Shown here: positions 13,621 to 28,633 of the stretch, one piece after another
Layout: every line of letters starts with the position of its first letter
Position numbering within the stretch: position 1 is the first letter of the stretch
Assembly: GCA_951406725.2 (NCBI GenBank)
Contig: OX597825.1
Coordinates: 5,332,001 to 5,396,000 of the forward strand
Reading direction: 5' to 3'
From: Octopus vulgaris
Lineage: Eukaryota
DNA: 64,000 nt
Position numbers and translations under genes: made by a program
Notes under the pieces: generated by a model
What the model saw: the letters and a program-made list of their open reading frames with translations, nothing else
Database searches by the model: none
Told to the model about the DNA's origin: nothing

Positions 13621-14505
13621 TCAGATATTATTATATTTTATTAAGAATTCGTAATATCCATATAATTCTCAACATAGATATAATGCTTTTTCCTCATATT
13701 GTGATGAAACAACTGTGGCTAGAGAATTAAAAATAATACCAGAAAATGTCTTTACAAGCACACACAGACACACATATATAAGTATATATGTATATGTGTG
13801 TCTGTGTTTGTGTGTGTTTGTGTGTGTGTTTGTATGTGTGTGTTTATATAGAAGCAGTTTTCAGTTGTTTCGTTTAACATCATTTCAATATAATGTTGAC
13901 ATGAAACTATAAATATCAAAATAAAAATTCGTTAACTGTTCGCCTGTCAAAACAGGATTTTTGTTTGCCTTTGTATTTTTTGCTTCTTATGTAAGATGCT
14001 GAGTTTTTAATTCAATAAATAAACAAATAGATAAATAAGCAATGATATATTACGATATGAAGCAATTTTTTTTATTTCACAAATCGTCAGAAACACAAAC
14101 TTGTGTTTGCAGTCTATTTAATATTGTGATAAAGCCATTAAAATACAATACCTAAAATATAAACTATTTATATGTTAAAGTGGTGGGGTTAGCTAAATTT
14201 CTAAAAATACGAGATTCCGTATTTTCCGGCACAGAGGCAGATGGTGTACATACTGTAACCATGTCGTGCAAACATCATCAATATTTTTCCAAATTCTGCA
14301 GCATTTTACATGGAAATTTTAGTCCGTCAAAATTGTCTTGGTACATAAGTAGACCTACCTCTTTTGGCAGTAAAAGTTCGATATGTACACCTGAAAATTC
14401 GGTGATGAGTATCACATGAACATAGAAGAATACCGTGTTGAAAAAGGTGATAAGAACCATACAATAAATATATATATATACAATATACAATATATATATA
14501 CTATG

Positions 14506-14697
14506 AAAGGAAAAAATTTAGATTAGGTAAACCACTTTTAACATATATACGTGCGGATTTCATCAATGTATTTTTCTATATTTTTCTATGCTCGATAAAT
14601 TAATACTGGTTTGAATTTTGGGTGAATTTTATCTTAATCAAGTCCGCACACATATGTGTTGAAAGTGGTTTCCCTGGTCTGATTTTTTTTTTCCTTT
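14506..14697. repeat. Degenerate inverted repeat (arms about 50 bp)
   Basis: AAAGGAAAAAA..AAACCACTTT..GTGCGGA pairs with TCCGCAC..AAAGTGGTTT..TTTTTCCTTT. Confidence 0.75.
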
Positions 14698-14796
14698 TAT
14701 TTTTTTATACCTGTCTCACGTCTCAGGATCGACTTGAACACTTCTAAGCAATCTATATATTTCGTAAGAAAAATATAGCTACATACGTATATATTC

Positions 14797-14990
14797 ATAA
14801 AAACAAAAGACAAAGGACGAAGACGGGTGTATAAACAACAAACAGGTGTATTAGTGTTACGCTCGGGAATGTGAGAAAGTCCGTTACGTTTCGAGCCTAC
14901 GCTCTTCAACAGAAAGGAACACGAGAAAATAAACTCAGACAGAAAGTTAAAAAATGGGTTTAGTGGCTAGCGATCAATCATGGCGATGTC
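14797..14990 (-). mobile_element. Short HHR-like element, family 3 (CUGUUGA core at 14881-14916)
   Basis: Minus strand reads CUUU-CUGUUGA-A-GAGC-GUAG-GCUC-GAAA-CG-UA. Homologous to 30620-30740, 50845-51048 and 51957-52120. Confidence 0.65.
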
Positions 14991-15449
14991 CATATATTGT
15001 CTAATAAATAATAAAATTAATAAAAGAAAATGGGGAAGAAATAATATTATAGATATTTGGTTCATTTTATTTGTATCACAATGGAAAAGTATGCAAAGTA
15101 AAAGTGATACCTACAAGAATAAGAACAGAATACTTAGTGCACGACAGATATCTAATTGAAGAAAGCCCAGACCATACAATGAAAGCAAGCGAGAGGAATT
15201 TTATAAAAATTGGAGACGTACCATGAATTAGTAAACGCGTGGTATTCGTCTACTGTCACTTTTTGTAGAACTGCATTAAGGTTTTATCAGTGAATGTATA
15301 GTAGTGTGTAGTCTATTCTATTTTATTTTATATATTTTTTATTCCTTCTTTTCTCTCTCTTCTCTTTCTTTGTTTTTTTATTTATTATTATTCTGCTTTC
15401 TCTTTTTCTTTCTTATATATATATATATATATGTGTGTGTGTATGTATG

Positions 15450-15499
<50 letters not shown>

Positions 15500-16814
15500 T
15501 ATATACACATATATATACATAAATATATATGTATATATGTCTGTGCGTCTGTGCCTGTGTTTCTTCCCCCATCACCGCTTGACAGCCTGTAGTGTTTACG
15601 TCCCCGTAACCTAGCAGTTCGGTAAAATAGAGCGATAGAATAATCTTTAGGCTTAAACAAAAATTCCCAGTGTCGATTTGTTGAACTAAACTCCTTTCAA
15701 GGCGGTGCCCCCAGCATGGCCGCAGTCAAATGACCGATACAAGTAATACACAAAAGATAAAAGATATGTACATATATTATATATACACTGACACACACTA
15801 ACACATACACACACACACATATACACATACACAGATACACACTTATGTATGTATGTATGTATGTATGTATGAATGTATGTATGTATGTATGTATGTATGT
15901 ATGTAGGTTTCAGTGATGAATATTTATTTTATATATGTGTGTGTGTGAGTGTACCTGCGCACGAGCGTGAGTGTATAAATATCCATTCTTATAAAAATAC
16001 AATGCACATAAAAATGATCCCCAAGACAAAGGCTTGCACTTATATCAGACCCTTGCGTGTAAAATATTGCACGCGATTCATGTCATCAGTCGGAAATGCT
16101 AAAGGAAGTGTTTCCTGGAATGCGTATCTTTATATAGCAGACATGAATTATAGCAAACAAATTCGAAACCTCGTAATTTGGAAACAAATAACCTGAAGCT
16201 CGTAGTTCTTAACCAAAGTTCACATCTACATCGGATAAAAATCTAAATAATAGAGATAGATTTGTGTCTCCTCAAAATACCCAATAAGGTTACCGTTAAT
16301 GCACTTTTGTGTTGTAAAATCGTTGTAAATGTTTGCTGAGAGCGCTGAGGAGTAATATCATTCACTCTGATAGTTTCGTGGCTTTATGGTTAGAGGTGTT
16401 GCATTCATGATCGATTGATTGTGATTTCGATTTCTGGACCGGGCGATGCGTTGTGATCTTTGAGCAAAACGTTTCATTTCACATTGTTCCGGTTTCCTCA
16501 TCATACATGCATACATAGGTACATACATACATATTCATACATACATACATGAACACACACATATACATACATACACAAAAACATGCATACATACATACAT
16601 GCATACATACACACACTCATATACACACGTACATACTTACACATACATGCATACTTATATACATACATACACAAAAACATGTATACATACATACACACAC
16701 ATGTACATACACATTCATGCATACATACATGTACATACATACACACACATATATACTTACGCATTCATGCATACATACATACATGCACATACATACATAC
16801 ATGCACGCGCTTAC

Positions 16815-16845
<31 letters not shown>

Positions 16846-17463
16846 CGTGTGCGTATAAATATGTGTGGTTGCGTATGGCTAACCTCCAATATTAAATCGA
16901 GTGTGGGATACCTTTACTATGCAAATTATTAGCTCCACTTCTCTGGAATTACTAGATTTGATAAAAATAGAAACGGATTTGCTACTTGCTTCAGTGGGGT
17001 TCCTGAAGTGATTTAGAAACGTCTGATGAGACACCAATGAGGGCCGATGACTGATTATGGCTCTTCATCACTGTTTTCAATCTACGAAAAAAAAGAAGGG
17101 ATATTTGACATATATGTATGTCTACAATATCTGTACGTATATGGGTCGATGTAACTGACTCATCCACTCTCCTGAAATTGCTGGCCTTGTGCCAAACTTT
17201 GAAATGAAATGCGGCGAGCTGGCAGAAACGTTAGCACACCGGGCCAAATACTTAGTGGCATTTCGTCTGTCTTTATGTTGTGAGTTCTAACTCCGCCTTT
17301 CATCCTTTCGAGTGGTCTAATCGACATGCCCTCTCCCCCAGAATTTCGGGCCTTGTATCTTGAGTAGAAAAGAATACCTGTTCTCATATATATTTATATA
17401 TATATATATATATATCTTGATCTATCTGTCTATATACACACCTAGTTATACATACATATATAT

Positions 17464-17660
17464 ATTATTAAAATTATAATTTAGAGTATCTAAGAGATAC
17501 CACCACGCTGGAAATAGCAGCCAAAACTTGACGCTAAAACCACATTAAATGTTCATACATTAAATGTATGAACATGTAATGTGGTTCTAGAATAAAATTT
17601 TGGCTGCTATTTCCAGCGTGGTTGTATCTCTTAGATACCCTAAATTATAATTTTAATAAT
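17464..17660. repeat. Long inverted repeat (arms about 98 bp) next to TA-rich sequence
   Basis: TATCTAAGAGATAC..CACGCTGGAAATAGCAGCCAAAA pairs with TTTTGGCTGCTATTTCCAGCGTG..GTATCTCTTAGATAC. Confidence 0.9.
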
Positions 17661-17689
17661 TATTATTACCTTTGAAGGTTTTTATTCCC

Positions 17690-18141
17690 ATGCTGTCCAC
17701 CTTCATATAGTTCTTCAACAGTTACGATGGGATTTTGTTCCACCAGGGTTTGTAGGACGTCTTCGGCGAGCTCTACAAACCATCCAGGACGAGGATAGTT
17801 TCCTTAGCTGTAGTTTCCGGTTCGGAATTTTTGGAACCACCGTTGACACTGGCTTGTGCTTATTGTCCGATCCCCATACACAACATTAATATTCCATACA
17901 CTTTCCGTTGAACTCATAAAGCAAAATATGTCAAATATTCTCCTTTGTCACTTCCATTATAGCTTTGAAAAAATAACTGTTAAAATCGAACTGCACTCTT
18001 CAAAACTTGCACTAAGAATAAGTACAGGGTAAAATTACTACCTGCTTTTACAGCAAGCTGATGCAGGTAGTTTTTCCCGTCCCCCTCCGATTTTAGTTCA
18101 TGCAATTGAAAAACCCGCATTATTTATGGGATGACCCAATA
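17690..18141 (-). mobile_element. Mariner 5' end (TIR and transposase N-terminus remnant)
   Basis: TIR TATTGGGTCATCCCATAAATAATGCGG. Translation MEVTKEN..ILLYEF..NINVVYGDRTISTSQCQRWFQKF..DVLQTLVEQNPIVTVEEL. Confidence 0.85.
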
Positions 18142-18721
18142 ACATAGAATACAGTATGTGTATACACATGGTATAGATATATATATATGTGCAGGGGCAC
18201 ACAGCAGAATATATATATCTACATATATATCATGATCTATCAAACTATATACGCACACAGACTGACAGACAGCTACAGAGAGAGAGCACTACTCGATTTC
18301 GGGGATCGAGAGGACATTGCACCTTATTGTAATATCTTTTCATAACTCATTATTTTAAAATTTTATTCGTCTTATTTTTCATCCACTTTTGTTATTTTTA
18401 AGTTCCCCGATTTGTATTGTCCCTTCTTTGTTGGCCCCTTGTGGGTAATAAAAAATCAGATACAGAGAGACAGCGATTTTATAATAATAAAAAGAAAATA
18501 GAACTAAAAACATGAGTATATAAGTATAAGTTTTTTTGTTAATCCGCAGTAGTTACAGAGTGATGTACGGGTCGAGACTCGTGCATAGGCGCTCGTCAAA
18601 TTACTTTCGAATTATGGGAATTACATTTTTACAGACCGATTAAAATAATACAGGCGTATATGCGTATCATATATATGCATGGACATGCATACGAAGCCAT
18701 ATATCTATCCACACACACGTA

Positions 18722-18753
<32 letters not shown>

Positions 18754-18762
18754 CATACATAC

Positions 18763-18876
<114 letters not shown>

Positions 18877-18992
18877 TAGAAGAAATGAGGTACTCAGAAA
18901 TTCGGATGCTTTTATGTTTACAGATATTTATTTGTATATTACATGTTTTTATACATCATAAAACTTATATCATATATCCTATATCATATATC

Positions 18993-19034
<42 letters not shown>

Positions 19035-19498
19035 ATACGTACACATTCACACAAACATCTATACATGTGTTATAAATGTGTGTACGTGTGCGTCCATCAA
19101 TCTCTGCTTTCCATAGGCAATGATAGTCGCCATAATGGTGCAAATACATGCATATGTTTCTTTTTGTATAATTTTCAATATTAGATTTCCCAAACATTAA
19201 TGTGTTGCCCACAGGTCTGCAATCGAGAAAAACGGCGCAGATAACATTACAACTGGCACCAAGAAATGTTCTCTTTATAAATGCTGAATGTTTCGCTCAA
19301 GTACACATCGATATGCACACATGCGCCCACACGTGCAGACACACAAATACGCAGTCAAATTCACATATACATACGTTCAATTATATTCATATATGTATAA
19401 AGGTATGTATTTATATACATGCATATATATATACATATATATATATATATATTCATATGCATATATAGATATTTGTATGTAGATATGATTTTATATAC

Positions 19499-19604
<106 letters not shown>

Positions 19605-19936
19605 GATAGATAGATAGAGAGATAAGTATAGATATTTGTATATAAATTAAAATGTGTGTGTGTGTAAGTGTGTGTGTGTGTAAGTGTGTGTGTGCATGAT
19701 ATGTGATAGTGTGATATATAACATATATTTATATATACATGCATGTATGGGAAAGAAATGTGTGGTTAGACTAAGCGAGATATGTGTGCATATATATATG
19801 TGTGTGTATATATATGTGTGTGTATGTGTGTGTGTGTATTTATATCTGTATCTATCTATATATGTGAGAAAGTAATGTGTGATTAGACACACATCTAGTT
19901 ACTTGTGCATACATAAGTGTTTGTGTGCTTATTATA

Positions 19937-19949
<13 letters not shown>

Positions 19950-19970
<21 letters not shown>

Positions 19971-20001
19971 AATATATATACATATGTATTGTATATGTAC
20001 G

Positions 20002-20049
<48 letters not shown>

Positions 20050-20080
20050 CGTACATATACAATACATATGTATATATATT

Positions 20081-20100
<20 letters not shown>
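19950..20100. repeat. Inverted duplication centred on (TA)n
   Basis: (AAT)n-ATATATACATATGTATTGTATATGTACGTATTTA followed by its reverse complement. Confidence 0.85.
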
Positions 20101-20132
<32 letters not shown>

Positions 20133-20528
20133 TGTATATATTCATCTGTGCGTGTATGTATATCTGTCAAACCGCTACATACACACATGTTTAAATAGAA
20201 AATCAATAGATTTCGAGTCATTTATTTCCACTTACCATTGGTTCCGAGAAACTGAAGAAGTTACCATATTGTTTGCAGAATATAATTAAGCAACATCATA
20301 TAATGAAAATTATTTTCCTGGCTTCCCCAATCAAACTGTCAGCCATCATACACGGATATTATTGGAAAATTATTTTGTAATGGCTCCTTTTTCTCTAGGA
20401 AGAATCTTATTAGAATGTGCCTCAATACTCCGGTAATATAGTATACCCGCTTCTATTCTGATATATGCAAAATTACATAGATACAAACTTTCTTTAGGGT
20501 GTATGTATGTGCATAGATAGATAGATAT

Positions 20529-20569
<41 letters not shown>

Positions 20570-20588
20570 AAGATAGATAGATAGATAG

Positions 20589-20619
<31 letters not shown>

Positions 20620-20701
20620 CATACATATATACATACATACATAAATACATAGATAGATACATACATACATACATACATACATACATACATACATACATAC
20701 A

Positions 20702-20732
<31 letters not shown>

Positions 20733-20880
20733 TCATACTTTTCGAGACAGATTGACATACTGAAAACAGACAGACAAAAAGATATAGTTATATAAATATA
20801 TATATAGATGTATTGATACAGGTATTTATATATATATTTACCCCCTCTCTCCTTAAAAGTACCTATTCATCACACATACC

Positions 20881-20925
<45 letters not shown>

Positions 20926-21129
20926 TTGTATCTATGCATTGATGTATCTATGCATACATCTATGTATGCAGCGTCGCGTGTATATGACAGCTATAGTAAC
21001 GTTAACATCCTATTTACACCGCTGTTCTCGCCTTCACTGATAGAATTCCCCCTCTCTCTCTCTCTCTCTCAGACTTATAATTTTGTAACCTTCTCATTTT
21101 ATCATATAATTCACCCAACGTCCCTGAGG

Positions 21130-21290
21130 ACCACATTATAGATTTTTATTGAAATCCAACAAGTCTATTAATGAACTGGATGTTGGTGTCACATGTATGC
21201 AAAGTTTCGTGAATATTGGTTCGATGATAACAGTCTGACAGACATACAGTCAAGTAGACAGAAATTGCAAAATTTATATATATATCTGTC
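21130..21290 (+). mobile_element. Possible Helentron/HINE-like terminal fragment
   Basis: GCAAAGTTTCGTGAATATTGGTT..GACAGACATACAG..TTTATATATATAT pattern. Confidence 0.35.
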
Positions 21291-21459
21291 TGTATGTAAG
21301 TCAGACTGTTACCAACCTATATATATATCTATATATATATATATATAAATATTCTGTTTTTAAATGACTCGCTTTGGGGGTTGCATTCGGTGCAATGTGT
21401 TTATATTTGGTAGTTATGACTTTAAGAGTCCCTCCTAGCGTGTGGCATTTATGTATAAT

Positions 21460-21496
<37 letters not shown>

Positions 21497-21498
21497 TG

Positions 21499-21570
<72 letters not shown>

Positions 21571-21599
21571 TATATTTATATATGTATGTATATATGTTT

Positions 21600-21780
21600 G
21601 TTCGTGACAAGACGGAAGTGCCGTCTCGCCGTCTTGCACCCATTCGTGGAGTGTCCGGAGTTATCGGGAGAAGAAGTGTCTGTCAGGGGATTTGTTTGTG
21701 AAAAGATGGAAGCTTGTGGTGAGCAAGCTGGGTGCAATTGGCACCAGATAAGGTCGGGTTAAAAAGTAAAGTTTCTACCT
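21600..21780 (+). mobile_element. Tx1-like ORF2 C-terminal fragment
   Basis: [11 protein letters not shown] and [18 protein letters not shown]-like translations. Confidence 0.45.
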
Positions 21781-21815
21781 AGATGGCCGGGTGCCATTCT
21801 TTCAACGTACGTATG

Positions 21816-21865
<50 letters not shown>

Positions 21866-21870
<5 letters not shown>

Positions 21871-22064
21871 AATGTGACCTCGTGTGTACCGTTGGATCTT
21901 TCTTCCCTTCTTTGGATCTTTCCTTCTCCTATGTTTCCGACGAAGAGCTCCGCTCGAAACGTTAACCCCTCCTTCTTTCCTTCCTTCCTGAGCGTCCAAT
22001 AATACTATATTTGTTCCACGTCCTCGCGTTGTTGTGTTTTTTTGTGCTTTCTTGTTTAGATTAA

Positions 22065-22070
<6 letters not shown>
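21866..22070 (+). mobile_element. Short HHR-like element, family 2 (CCGACGA core at 21933-21966), inside (TA)n
   Basis: GUUU-CCGACGA-A-GAGC-UCC-GCUC-GAAA-CG-UU-AAC. Closely similar to 34672-34880 and 63693-63890. Confidence 0.75.
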
Positions 22071-22106
<36 letters not shown>

Positions 22107-22697
22107 ATCTATATATATATTAGAAATACGTTGTACACATGTGTGAGTCTGTAAAACAGACATACATACATACAGCTAAAAATACACATGGGTAAACATA
22201 TGTGCGTATATGTACGTGTGTAGGTGGACTGAAGTTTGTATAATACCATATGTGCGCTCTATGTATGTATATTTATGTGCTTGTGTGTACGTATGTGGGT
22301 GTGTGAATATGGATTTCTGCTCGTATAAACGTCTATATTTATATATACAACAGTTGCAGAAATGTGACAGAAATCAATACGTAATTTCCAACATAAATAT
22401 AAATTATTGATCATATATCAAGGACATTTTCATCTCAGTTGTATTAAAAAGTACAATGTATAGTTTAGTGGTAGCTCTTACGCAAGGCGGTGACGTTGGT
22501 GACGTTGGCGACGGCGGTACTGATCGAATAAAATCGTGAGGGCGTCGGATAGAACACCCGGAGGTATTCAGTCCCGTATGCTGTGCCGTGAGTTCAAATT
22601 TTGTTGAGGGTCAATTTTGTCTTTCATCCTTGAAAGGTCGATGAATAAAGAAACCCTACTGACGATTAATTATTCTCCACCATATTATTCTCTCTTT

Positions 22698-22754
<57 letters not shown>

Positions 22755-22811
22755 CAAACAAGCAGGCATTGGGTACAAACCCATTTATAGTCACTAAATT
22801 ATAACGACACT

Positions 22812-23227
22812 CAGGGCCGGATTAAGGCCCATAGAGGCCCTAAGCACTTAAAAGGTTTTGGCGCCCTCAAGTAGGTGTAAATGGTTCAAAATGTAAGCAA
22901 AAATAATTCAAAATGCAAATGATAATAAAGCATAAAATATATTTTAATTCTACAAAATGAAACAAAATTCACAGCAAGATGGAAAATAAAGTTTATTTTT
23001 GCGTGCTGCCATTTTATTAATATTTGAACAGTTTTCTCCTTCGATGAAGTTGTTAAAATTAATTTTACATAAAACTTCTGCTTCTCTACTGAGTAGAGAT
23101 AAGGCATTACGAATATTATTTTAGCAAGTTTCAAGGGATTTCTTTTGTGCCGTAAACCATTTTCATTTCTGTGGTGCCCCCGCCCTTTGATGCCCTAAGC
23201 TTATTTTGCTTAATGGGTTCAGCGCTG
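22812..23227. mobile_element. hAT-type MITE
   Basis: Termini CAGGGCCGGATT and TTCAGCGCTG; 8-bp target-site duplication ACGACACT/ACGACAGT. Confidence 0.7.
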
Positions 23228-23327
23228 ACGACAGTAAAGGTCCCTTTCTTCTATCATAGTTCAGCATTTCTCATGGCACCAAGGCGTTGCTTCGGAAGAT
23301 AGCGAGGGAAGTGCGCTGCGTTGCCCT

Positions 23328-23385
<58 letters not shown>

Positions 23386-23819
23386 CCTCTCTCTCTCTCG
23401 CTCTCTCTCTCTCTCACTCTCTCTATCTATCCATCTATCTATCTCTTTCTCCGTTTTCTACCTGTAATCCAAAAGACCAGCCTGGTCATATATTCTCTCA
23501 CGCTAATTCAATCTGAGATTCGCGTTGAGGCTCTCTACGTGTCTGCGGAATATTCAACCACCTGTTACACATACTTTTCACAAGTAAGTGTTCAATCGAT
23601 CTAGCAACTGCGATTGTTAACTGCTCATCCTCAAAAACAAAGAGAAGCAAGCAACAGATCTTAGATGAAGAGGTGTGGTGGTCATGCTGAGAAAATTCCC
23701 AGTCAAGCCGTGTTGGGTTCAGTCCCACTACGCGGCAGATCGACCAAAGCCTTGGGAATGGATTCGATTTACGCATATGACTATATATATATATATATAT
23801 ATATACACATACATATATA

Positions 23820-24077
23820 TTATGTGATCATGTGACCGACCATCGCTGGTCACAATGCGCTTTGCATTGTCTAAGCCTTCAAATGACGCCAACAGGAGAG
23901 TGAGAGAAATTTGTGGTGAAAGGGTGCAGCAGGGATCACCACCACCCCCTGCCGGACCCTCGTGGAGCTTTAGGGGTTTTCGCTCAATAAACACTCACAA
24001 CGCCCGGTCTGGGAATCGAAACCGTGATTCTACGACCTCGAGTCCGCTGCCCTAACCACTGGACCATTGCGCCTCCA
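23820..24077 (-). mobile_element. tRNA-derived SINE family C
   Basis: Minus strand GAGGCGCAATGGTCCAGTGGTTAGG..GGTTTCGATTCCC gives A and B boxes. Confidence 0.85.
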
Positions 24078-24177
24078 CATATACATACATATATGTATAT
24101 ATACATATATGTATATATATATATGTATATACATATATATGTATATACATATATATGTATGTATGTATTTATGTATG

Positions 24178-24217
<40 letters not shown>

Positions 24218-24272
24218 TATATAGTTGAAAACATTTTGAGATTTATAAAAATGAAATTTTTATATATTAAAG

Positions 24273-24636
24273 ATGGAGGTGGAAATAGCAGAGAAGTAAG
24301 TCTAAAACATTTTAATTCAAGAAGGAATTTAATAAAAATGATTTTAAAAATTATATAAAGAAAATATTACCAGTTTCGATGTATCTTATCTTATCAAATA
24401 TAAAAAAAAAAAATTATAAAAATTTGAAGTAAAAACAGTTTGTCTTCTTGACCTCCCGGACAGAAAATAAATTGTTTTTACTTCAAATTTTTATGAATTT
24501 TCACTGATATTTGATAAGATGAGATATAGCGAAACCGGCAATATTTCCTTTATATAAATTTTTAAAATCGTTTTTATTAAATTCCTTCTTAAATTGAAAT
24601 GTCTGACTCTTACTTCTGTGCAATTTCCACCTCCAT
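24273..24636. repeat. Long inverted repeat (arms about 165 bp)
   Basis: ATGGAGGTGGAAAT..AAGAAGGAATTTAATAAAAA..TTTGAAGTAAAAACA and its reverse complement. Confidence 0.9.
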
Positions 24637-24995
24637 TTTGCATGTGTGTGTGTGTGTGTGTGTGTGTGTAGGGGAAAAGTAAAAAGATATATAAACAAAG
24701 ATGTATACACACACAAATGATTCGAGGTGGAATTAAGAAGTATAAAAATAACCCTTATGAGTAATTTTCTTCGTTTCTTTTTAATTTACCCCTATCTACA
24801 CCACGTATACTCCAGCATACATTCAAGTATTTGGACTCACGTGGACCGGTTTCTGGACTGGCATTATTACCTCACCTTCATCGCCTATATTATTGATTCT
24901 GTTATTATCAATTTTAAATTGTTACACTAGATAATAATAGAGTCAATGATATATTCGCAAATATTTTCTCCTGAATTATTTGCTCAGTATTGAAA

Positions 24996-25057
<62 letters not shown>

Positions 25058-25229
25058 TATACATATATTTCTAAACTTCGGTATGTGGTGAAGCACATTT
25101 TTGCTGAACCCTAATTATAAAGTATTACTTAAGCTTACCATGAAATGGTCTTTTTCATGCCGAATTCTACTTGGTGAAATTACTGATTACTTCTTAATTA
25201 ATTAATTTTACCCTTTGTTATTATTATTA

Positions 25230-25369
<140 letters not shown>

Positions 25370-25384
25370 TACATGCATGATGGG

Positions 25385-25795
25385 CTCAGGCACGGCAACG
25401 TGTGGTAAGAAGTTTGCTCCTTCCTTTCAGCAAGATTGCAGACTCAGTCTAATAGCACTTCGAGTAAGAGTTTTATAGTATAGCTCCGATGTAACCAAAT
25501 ATTTTTAGTGGATTTCGTATTGGAAACTGAAAGAATCCCGACTTATATAAATATATGAATACATCTATATTTATAAGTGTGTGTCTTTGTGTCTGTGCTT
25601 TTCTTCCTCCACCATTTGACAACCAGTGAGGTGTGTTCCCATCCTTGTAATAGAGCGCTGAGGCAAAAATTAACCCTAAGAAAAGTAAGCACCAGGCATT
25701 TATAAAAAAAAAAGCAAGTACAGGAGGTTGATTTGTTCAACTAAACCCTTCAAGCGGTGCTCCAGCATGACGGCATGAAACAAGTAAATGATTAA
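25385..25795 (+). mobile_element. SINE family B (diverged)
   Basis: TGTGGTAAGAAGTTTGCT..GGAAACTGAAAGAA..GCGGTGCTCCAGCATG. Confidence 0.75.
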
Positions 25796-26207
25796 AAAAA
25801 AAACTAAATTTTCTTTTGGAATTGACTTATTCCAGAACACCATTTTCTATTACGTTTATCTTTATTCTTACGTGAAAAGTACATTTATAATCCATTGGGA
25901 CAAATGCCATAATAAAACGATGTTAGCGATTTATAAAATATTATTACACAAACCGGATTATAAATAACCGGATATCAGTTTATTTGATTTCAATGATAAG
26001 TGTTTTTATCTTTATAACAGCTGTTTGGTACCTCGGGCTTACTGAAGTGCCAAATATGCCCAACGTTTTTCTTCAATTCCAAATACATTTTGTTGAAAAG
26101 AGAATTCTGACTTAGCGGATTACTGTCAACCAATCGTTCGGTTCGCTCTCTCCCTCTCTTTCTCCCACGCTCTCCCTCTCATTTTTTCTCTCTCGCTGTC
26201 TCTCTCC

Positions 26208-26312
<105 letters not shown>

Positions 26313-26515
26313 GTATGTGTGTATATCTATATATATATATACATACAGATAGATATAGATAGATAGATTTGTATCTCTATTTTTACTATTTTCCTCACTC
26401 TGTTTCTCTTCTTTCGCTCTTGCATCCTTTGTTTTTCGCTCTCTCACTCACTCTCTCTCTCTCTCATTTCACTCCCTCTACATATATATACATATATACA
26501 TACATACATACATAC

Positions 26516-26599
<84 letters not shown>

Positions 26600-27227
26600 A
26601 TGTGTGCGTAGATATATATATAATGCACATATATATGTATATATATATATATATCTTTACACATACATACGTACATATACATAAACGTACCTCCATCTTT
26701 TTTCACTTCTCGTCTCTATCTCTCTCTCTGTCTCTCACATTTTCTTTCACCGTCTCTCTACCACATTCTCTTCCTCCCTTTCCTCTCTCCCCTTTCTCTC
26801 TCCCTTTCTCTCTCTCCCTCCCTCCCTCCTTCTCTCCCTCTCTTCATACTGCAGAAATCGAGAAGTAAAAATCGGAAAACACTATAGAGTGCAGTAATAA
26901 TTCTGAAGCAATGTAAATCAAATTGTACACACCGTATGTAAATTTAGTATGCAGAAGACTCCCCTGAGGTAGTATTCCCTGCAGCTATTTTATTGAAATC
27001 AAATTATAGGCCACCAAATACATAGGAAAAACGTATTAAACTACCAGCGTGAAGAATGGCATACGAAGATTTCATTTGGATATTCACCAATAAAACAATT
27101 ATTATCAATATTGACTCTTTTAGTATGAAACTATAGAAGGCAAGTACAATTAGGGTGAAACAGAGAAGAGATACTCAGCAGTTGAGGAAGCTATATTGTA
27201 TATTATTCTGATTGTAATATATAACGA

Positions 27228-28556
27228 ACTAGCAGTATAGCCCGGCGTTGCCCGGGATTAAGGTTAGGATTATTAAGTGATCAAGCTCTTTATTTCAAAC
27301 CAAATTAAGTGACACCGACATCAAATTTGAGCGAAATCCGTTGAAATTTGTAAACGTTTGGCTGAAAATGGGTTGCAGGCAACTTGATTGGGAAATCCCA
27401 TGAGGAATCGGTTTATCGATTATTTCCACACATCGATTTTTTTTAAGAACTTAGAGAATTCAAAGCGTTCAAAGATCCCAAGAGTCCTATGTATTGCTGG
27501 CATCAAGTTTGAGCAAAATATGTCAAAATTGGTAAAAGTTATGGTTGTAAATGGGGTGTATAAAAGACACAAAATTCACACACATCACAGATATTGGACA
27601 CTGAATATGAGATACAGAAAAATATATGTTGCATACATTGTGATATCATACTTCAAAAACAAAATACAAGACACTACAACTTATCATATAAAGAGATGTG
27701 TGAGATTGATAACTTTCTCGTGAATATAAATACAACTAAATTAAGTTTCCTTTTAGTAATTCATTCTTCAATTATCAATTAATCAAATTCTTATTCCTTT
27801 GAGGCCAATTTTTATACTTTTGACATCGTCAATGTGAGGTATTCTCTTTTTGAAGGCGTCAGTGGCAAACATTAATTGAAATGGTTTCAACTTGAGATTG
27901 AAACTACATCGTTTACCTTTCTGGAATTGTACAACTCGACTTAATGTGAGAATTACTTAAATATTGAAACTGTAGCCTATATTATCAAGAATAATCTGAA
28001 GAATTTGATAAGTCTGGTAGGAATGATTTTTGGCAGGAATCGGTTGAAGAAGTATGACCGATAAGAAGTATACTGTTATAAATTGGCCAACAACATACTA
28101 CTGATATCATTTATTTCATAAATACTTATAACAACGTAAATAGAGAATGAAAAATAAAGAAGCGCATTATTTTGGATTGGTAATCTGTCGAAAGGGCAAG
28201 TTCCATTGTTAAGAACCAAATCCCAATAATTTTTTATTGTGCAGTAAGATAGAGGACCGAGAACAGTCCTCAACATGCTATCCAATGAATTATGCTTGAA
28301 ATAATGTCATGAAATGACGTTGAAAACAAACAAACCTAAATTACATCGTGAAATTTCAAGAATTCGTTGAAAGTAAGTTGGTAAAAAAAAAAGACATGTA
28401 CAGAGAACGATTTGCACAAAGTGGATGAAAAAGCTGATGGACAATGGACAATACAAGAGACTGCAAAAAAGTAGGGAAACGACAACGAATCAGACAAAAG
28501 AGTAAACAAAAGAGTTCAAATGGTCAAAATTTTGGACTGATTGATTGGTTAATTGG

Positions 28557-28595
<39 letters not shown>

Positions 28596-28596
28596 C

Positions 28597-28633
<37 letters not shown>

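Noticed and set aside
17026-17050. GAAACGTC/CTGATGAG hammerhead words, also CTGATGAG at 3387 and CTGACGA at 33855
   Set aside because: There are no supporting helices or correctly spaced GAAA, so these are probably chance matches.
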